Source: an uncultured Gammaproteobacteria bacterium (GTDB lineage Bacteria; Patescibacteriota; Microgenomatia; CAYQLK01). Taken from it: a stretch of DNA of 64,000 nucleotides. The position numbers were made by a program, and so were the translations under genes. How positions within the stretch are numbered: position 1 is the stretch's first letter; each line of letters starts with the position of its first letter. The notes beneath the pieces are model-generated. The model was given only the letters and a program-made list of their open reading frames with translations. It was not told the origin of the DNA and did not search any database. The stretch is taken from assembly GCA_964445355.1 (NCBI GenBank), contig CAYUKQ010000003.1:3693-67692 (forward strand). The letters run 5' to 3'. Positions 61,474-64,000 of this stretch are shown piece by piece.

Positions 61474-61704
61474 TTAAAGTTTGTCCTCAACTTCCGATGC
61501 CAAATCGTGAACGGTATTGATCTCCTCAATGTCAGAGTGGGTTAAGTCGATGTCAAACTCTTCCTCCAGAGCGGTAAGGATATCTTTTATTTCGAGTTCT
61601 GATAGATTAAGGTCAATTCTGAGGTCGGAGGTTTCGTTAACATCCTCAATGAGATTGCCTGTTACTTCTGCAACGATTTTGATAACTTGGTTTAGTGTTT
61701 CCAT
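61474..61704 (-). CDS. acpP: Acyl carrier protein-like
   Basis: 76-aa acidic four-helix pattern with a Ser in the DLNLSELE region; position in rnc-acpP-nusB neighbourhood. Confidence 0.6.
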   Translation of the reverse strand: METLNQVIKIVAEVTGNLIEDVNETSDLRIDLNLSELEIKDILTALEEEFDIDLTHSDIEEINTVHDLASEVEDKL

Positions 61705-61749
61705 AGCTAAACTGTATCTTACAGGAAAAAAATATCAAAAAACAACCCT

Positions 61750-62157
61750 TTATTTTTCTACTTTATCAACTTCTGTTTGTTCCTTTGGTTGGCTTTCAGG
61801 CTGAGGAATTTCCTTGACGACCGATCCAAGTACACCATTAACGAATGAGCTGGTATGTTCATTGCCAAATTCTTTGCCAAGTTCGATCGCTTCATCAATA
61901 ACAACCTTTTGCGGTTGGGTCTTGTCGAGTGTTAATTCATAGACAGCCAGACGTAAAACAGCTAGGTCGATTTTGGAGATTTGGTCAATCGGCCAGGCGG
62001 GTGCATTTTTTGCGATTAGTTCGTCAATTTGGTCGAGATGTTTAGTAATCGGGATAATTTCGGAAAAATCTGCCTGAGTATTGTCAAATTCGTAAGCAAA
62101 GAGCATGCGTACAAGTCTGATTCTGTGCTTGTGGCGCGGATCGGTTTTTGATTTCAT
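61750..62157 (-). CDS. nusB: Transcription antitermination factor NusB
   Basis: NusB-family helical pattern (RHKHRIRLVRMLFAYEF, LAVYEL). Confidence 0.8.
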   Translation of the reverse strand: MKSKTDPRHKHRIRLVRMLFAYEFDNTQADFSEIIPITKHLDQIDELIAKNAPAWPIDQISKIDLAVLRLAVYELTLDKTQPQKVVIDEAIELGKEFGNEHTSSFVNGVLGSVVKEIPQPESQPKEQTEVDKVEK

Positions 62158-62494
62158 CGCTTAGCTTGTTTGGCTTATCTTAATTACGATTATACCTGAA
62201 TTAGACAAAATAAATCCTATTGCCGAAGTGATTATTTAAGTGATTTTGGGAAAAACTGATAACAAAGGTTAATAGCTGCGTGTTTTGTACGTATTGCAGC
62301 TTGGGCAAATACGGTGAGGAAGTTTGGGTGAGTTACAATTTTTGCACAGGACGGTTTTGACGCCTGCAACTGATAATGTTGCTCGTCTTTTGCCTTGTCT
62401 GACGTTCGATAAATGTTTTTTTGGTACTGGTGCCATTTATTTTGTTAGTTTGTTTGCTGGGGAATTATATACAAGGCTAATTTTTAAGTCAAAC

Positions 62495-62531
62495 ATAAAA
62501 AATCCCCGCGAACTAATAAAAGTTGCGGGGA
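62495..62531 (-). terminator. Rho-independent terminator on the minus strand (CCCCGCAACT...AGTTCGCGGGG then ATTTTTTAT)
   Basis: Perfect hairpin plus T-run on the reverse complement, right after the 62542 stop. Confidence 0.6.
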
Positions 62532-62541
62532 GGATTGTGTT

Positions 62542-62889
62542 TTATACACAAAGGCGGGTGAGGACTTGGACAACCTCGTGAAGGTGTTGACGGTTGGTCT
62601 CGCCGAGCTGGCTGCGGCGAAGGATTGGGTTCAAGTGCTCTTCAACTAAATGCTGAGAGAGCAGTCGAACGCATTCGGGGTCGCGACGGTCAGGTTGGGC
62701 CAGACAATGCTGCAGTTCACGCTCATAGTTCCTGACGTTGGGATCGGGATTGACCAGTGAGTTCAGATCAAGCGCTGGGGTTTTTGGTGGGGTGTAGGTA
62801 TGTTTTGGCTGTTCTGCTGTTGGGGTAACCGTAGCAGCGACTGGGAGGCGCTTTGTTTTTTTGACTCTTTTTTTGTCTTTCTTAGACAC
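62542..62889 (-). CDS. Hypothetical basic protein, GC-rich cassette gene (GTG start, AAAGGAAAT RBS)
   Basis: 115-aa ORF, about 57% GC, own motif-promoter and terminator. Confidence 0.55.
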   Translation of the reverse strand: MSKKDKKRVKKTKRLPVAATVTPTAEQPKHTYTPPKTPALDLNSLVNPDPNVRNYERELQHCLAQPDRRDPECVRLLSQHLVEEHLNPILRRSQLGETNRQHLHEVVQVLTRLCV

Positions 62890-62931
62890 GAATCTTATTT
62901 CCTTTGCAAGGTGCTGGTTTGTCAGTCCGGA

Positions 62932-62971
62932 ATTTTAGACTCTTTATGAGGTATTTTCAATACTAGAGGAT
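62932..62971 (-). promoter_or_regulatory. Motif-promoter module copy (minus strand): ATCCTCTAGTA then TTGAAA-N17-TAAAAT
   Basis: Reverse complement read directly; drives 62889->62542. Confidence 0.55.
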
Positions 62972-62977
62972 ATATTG

Positions 62978-64000
62978 TTAATCAATCGGGTCTGTGGTAG
63001 CGAATGAGCGCAGGTATTCTTTGATATACGGATTGGATAATTTTGGATCGTTTTGGAGAATTTTATCGGCGATGTTCGTAGCAAGATTAATGTTGTTAAC
63101 TGATGACAGGTCGGCAATTTTGAAGTTGCCCTTGCCGTGTTGAAGGTAGCCGTATGTTTCACCAGCCCCGCGAAGCTTAAGATCAAGCAGGGCAAGTTTG
63201 GCACCATCGTGTTCTGTGACAAAATGCTTAAGTCTTTGATTTTCTACCTTGTCTTCGGTGTGGAATAAAAAGCAGTAAGCCCGTTGACCTTTTCTGCCGA
63301 TACGGCCACGAAGTTGATGAAGTTGTGAAAGACCAAATCTTTCAGCTGAACTGATAACGACAATCGAAAGATCTGGAATATCGATTCCAACTTCGACAAC
63401 AGGGGTCGAGACCAGAATTGAACCTGGATTTTTGCTGAAATCTCTTAGAATCTGATCTTTCTCGTTCCCCTTTTGCTTACCATGTAACAAATATACTTTT
63501 GTACCAGCGAAGGCCTTTTCTATTTCGGAGTGAAGTTTTTTGACGGAGACGATCGGATTATTAATTGTTTCAGATTCTTCGATGATCGGGGCGATAAAAA
63601 GTGCACTATTGCCAAGAGCAAGCTGAGTTTTAATGAATTTATAAGTTTGAGGTTTTTGTGTTGAATTAAGAATATGGCTGGAAACTTCGCGGTGCCCTTT
63701 TGGGAAGCTTTTGATCTGACTGAGATTGACATCTCCATAGATCGTCAAGGCAATGGTTCTTGGTATTGGTGTTGCAGTTAACGAAATAAAGTGGGGATAT
63801 ATGAAGTTTTTGGCTCCTAGACTGAATATTTTGGCACGTTGATTGACGCCAAAACGGTGTTGTTCGTCTACAATGACCAGGCCGGTTTTTGGTCTGAAAT
63901 ATTTGGCGGCTGATTTTTCTAGCATAGCATGGGTGCCGACGGTAAGGTTTTTGCCCCATTTTTTGTTTTGGGATGTAAAAATTCCGATATCAAGATCTGG
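62978..64000 (-). CDS. recG: ATP-dependent DNA helicase RecG, C-terminal part; the gene continues beyond the window end
   Basis: DEQHRFGV (DEAH box), helicase C-terminal motifs QLRGRIGR; frame open to position 64000. Confidence 0.8.
   Translation of the reverse strand, partial: PDLDIGIFTSQNKKWGKNLTVGTHAMLEKSAAKYFRPKTGLVIVDEQHRFGVNQRAKIFSLGAKNFIYPHFISLTATPIPRTIALTIYGDVNLSQIKSFPKGHREVSSHILNSTQKPQTYKFIKTQLALGNSALFIAPIIEESETINNPIVSVKKLHSEIEKAFAGTKVYLLHGKQKGNEKDQILRDFSKNPGSILVSTPVVEVGIDIPDLSIVVISSAERFGLSQLHQLRGRIGRKGQRAYCFLFHTEDKVENQRLKHFVTEHDGAKLALLDLKLRGAGETYGYLQHGKGNFKIADLSSVNNINLATNIADKILQNDPKLSNPYIKEYLRSFATTDPID

Noticed and set aside
62324-62581. 85-aa plus-strand ORF between nusB and the basic-protein gene
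   Set aside because: It lies across the minus-strand terminator and the nusB promoter region and has no RBS. It is judged spurious.

Overview
The window is a 64-kb chromosomal segment from a low-GC (about 40%) reduced-genome bacterium. The gene content fits a monoderm or Patescibacteria/CPR-like (Saccharibacteria-like) organism: rpsF-ssb-rpsR, lgt-lspA-rluD, an LCP-family cell-wall ligase, and a secretin-less type IV pilus locus. Recognisable housekeeping genes include rarA, ychF, prfA, rpmE, hisS, dnaB, tRNA-Leu(CAA), efp, yebC, ruvC, xerC/D, gyrB-gyrA, holB, trmD, rpsP, rnc, acpP, nusB and a partial recG. They also include a complete pilB-pilT-pilC-pilins-pilD-minor pilins-pilMNO cluster and a hsp20 gene with an upstream CIRCE operator. 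The unusual signal is compositional: at least eight GC-rich (about 55-60% GC) patches sit in intergenic positions of the AT-richer backbone. Each is a self-contained unit of a consensus sigma70-type promoter, a GC-rich body and a hairpin plus T-run terminator. At least seven of the promoters carry the same element, ATCC-Y-R-TAGTA, abutting the -35 hexamer (TTGAnA-N17-TAnAAT); the copy 3 module is ATCCTGTAGTG-TTGGAT-N18-TATAAT, and a 7/11 variant of the element lies upstream of native ctpA. The patches carry five small hypothetical genes (226-3251), a secreted Cys-rich protein, pyrF-pyrE, a Nudix hydrolase, a basic protein, a start-less ORF, a roughly 0.8-kb unit with no credible ORF (candidate ncRNA) and a roughly 0.3-kb mini-unit. 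Other points of interest are a CYTH-uridine kinase-CYTH fusion coupled to a bPH_2 membrane protein, a 1.35-kb AT-rich non-coding region next to xerC with a perfect DnaA box and repeated candidate recombinase half-sites, and a pilin gene that appears to start at ATT. No CRISPR array, rRNA or clear transposase was found. All functional calls come from motif recognition by eye; no database search was possible.
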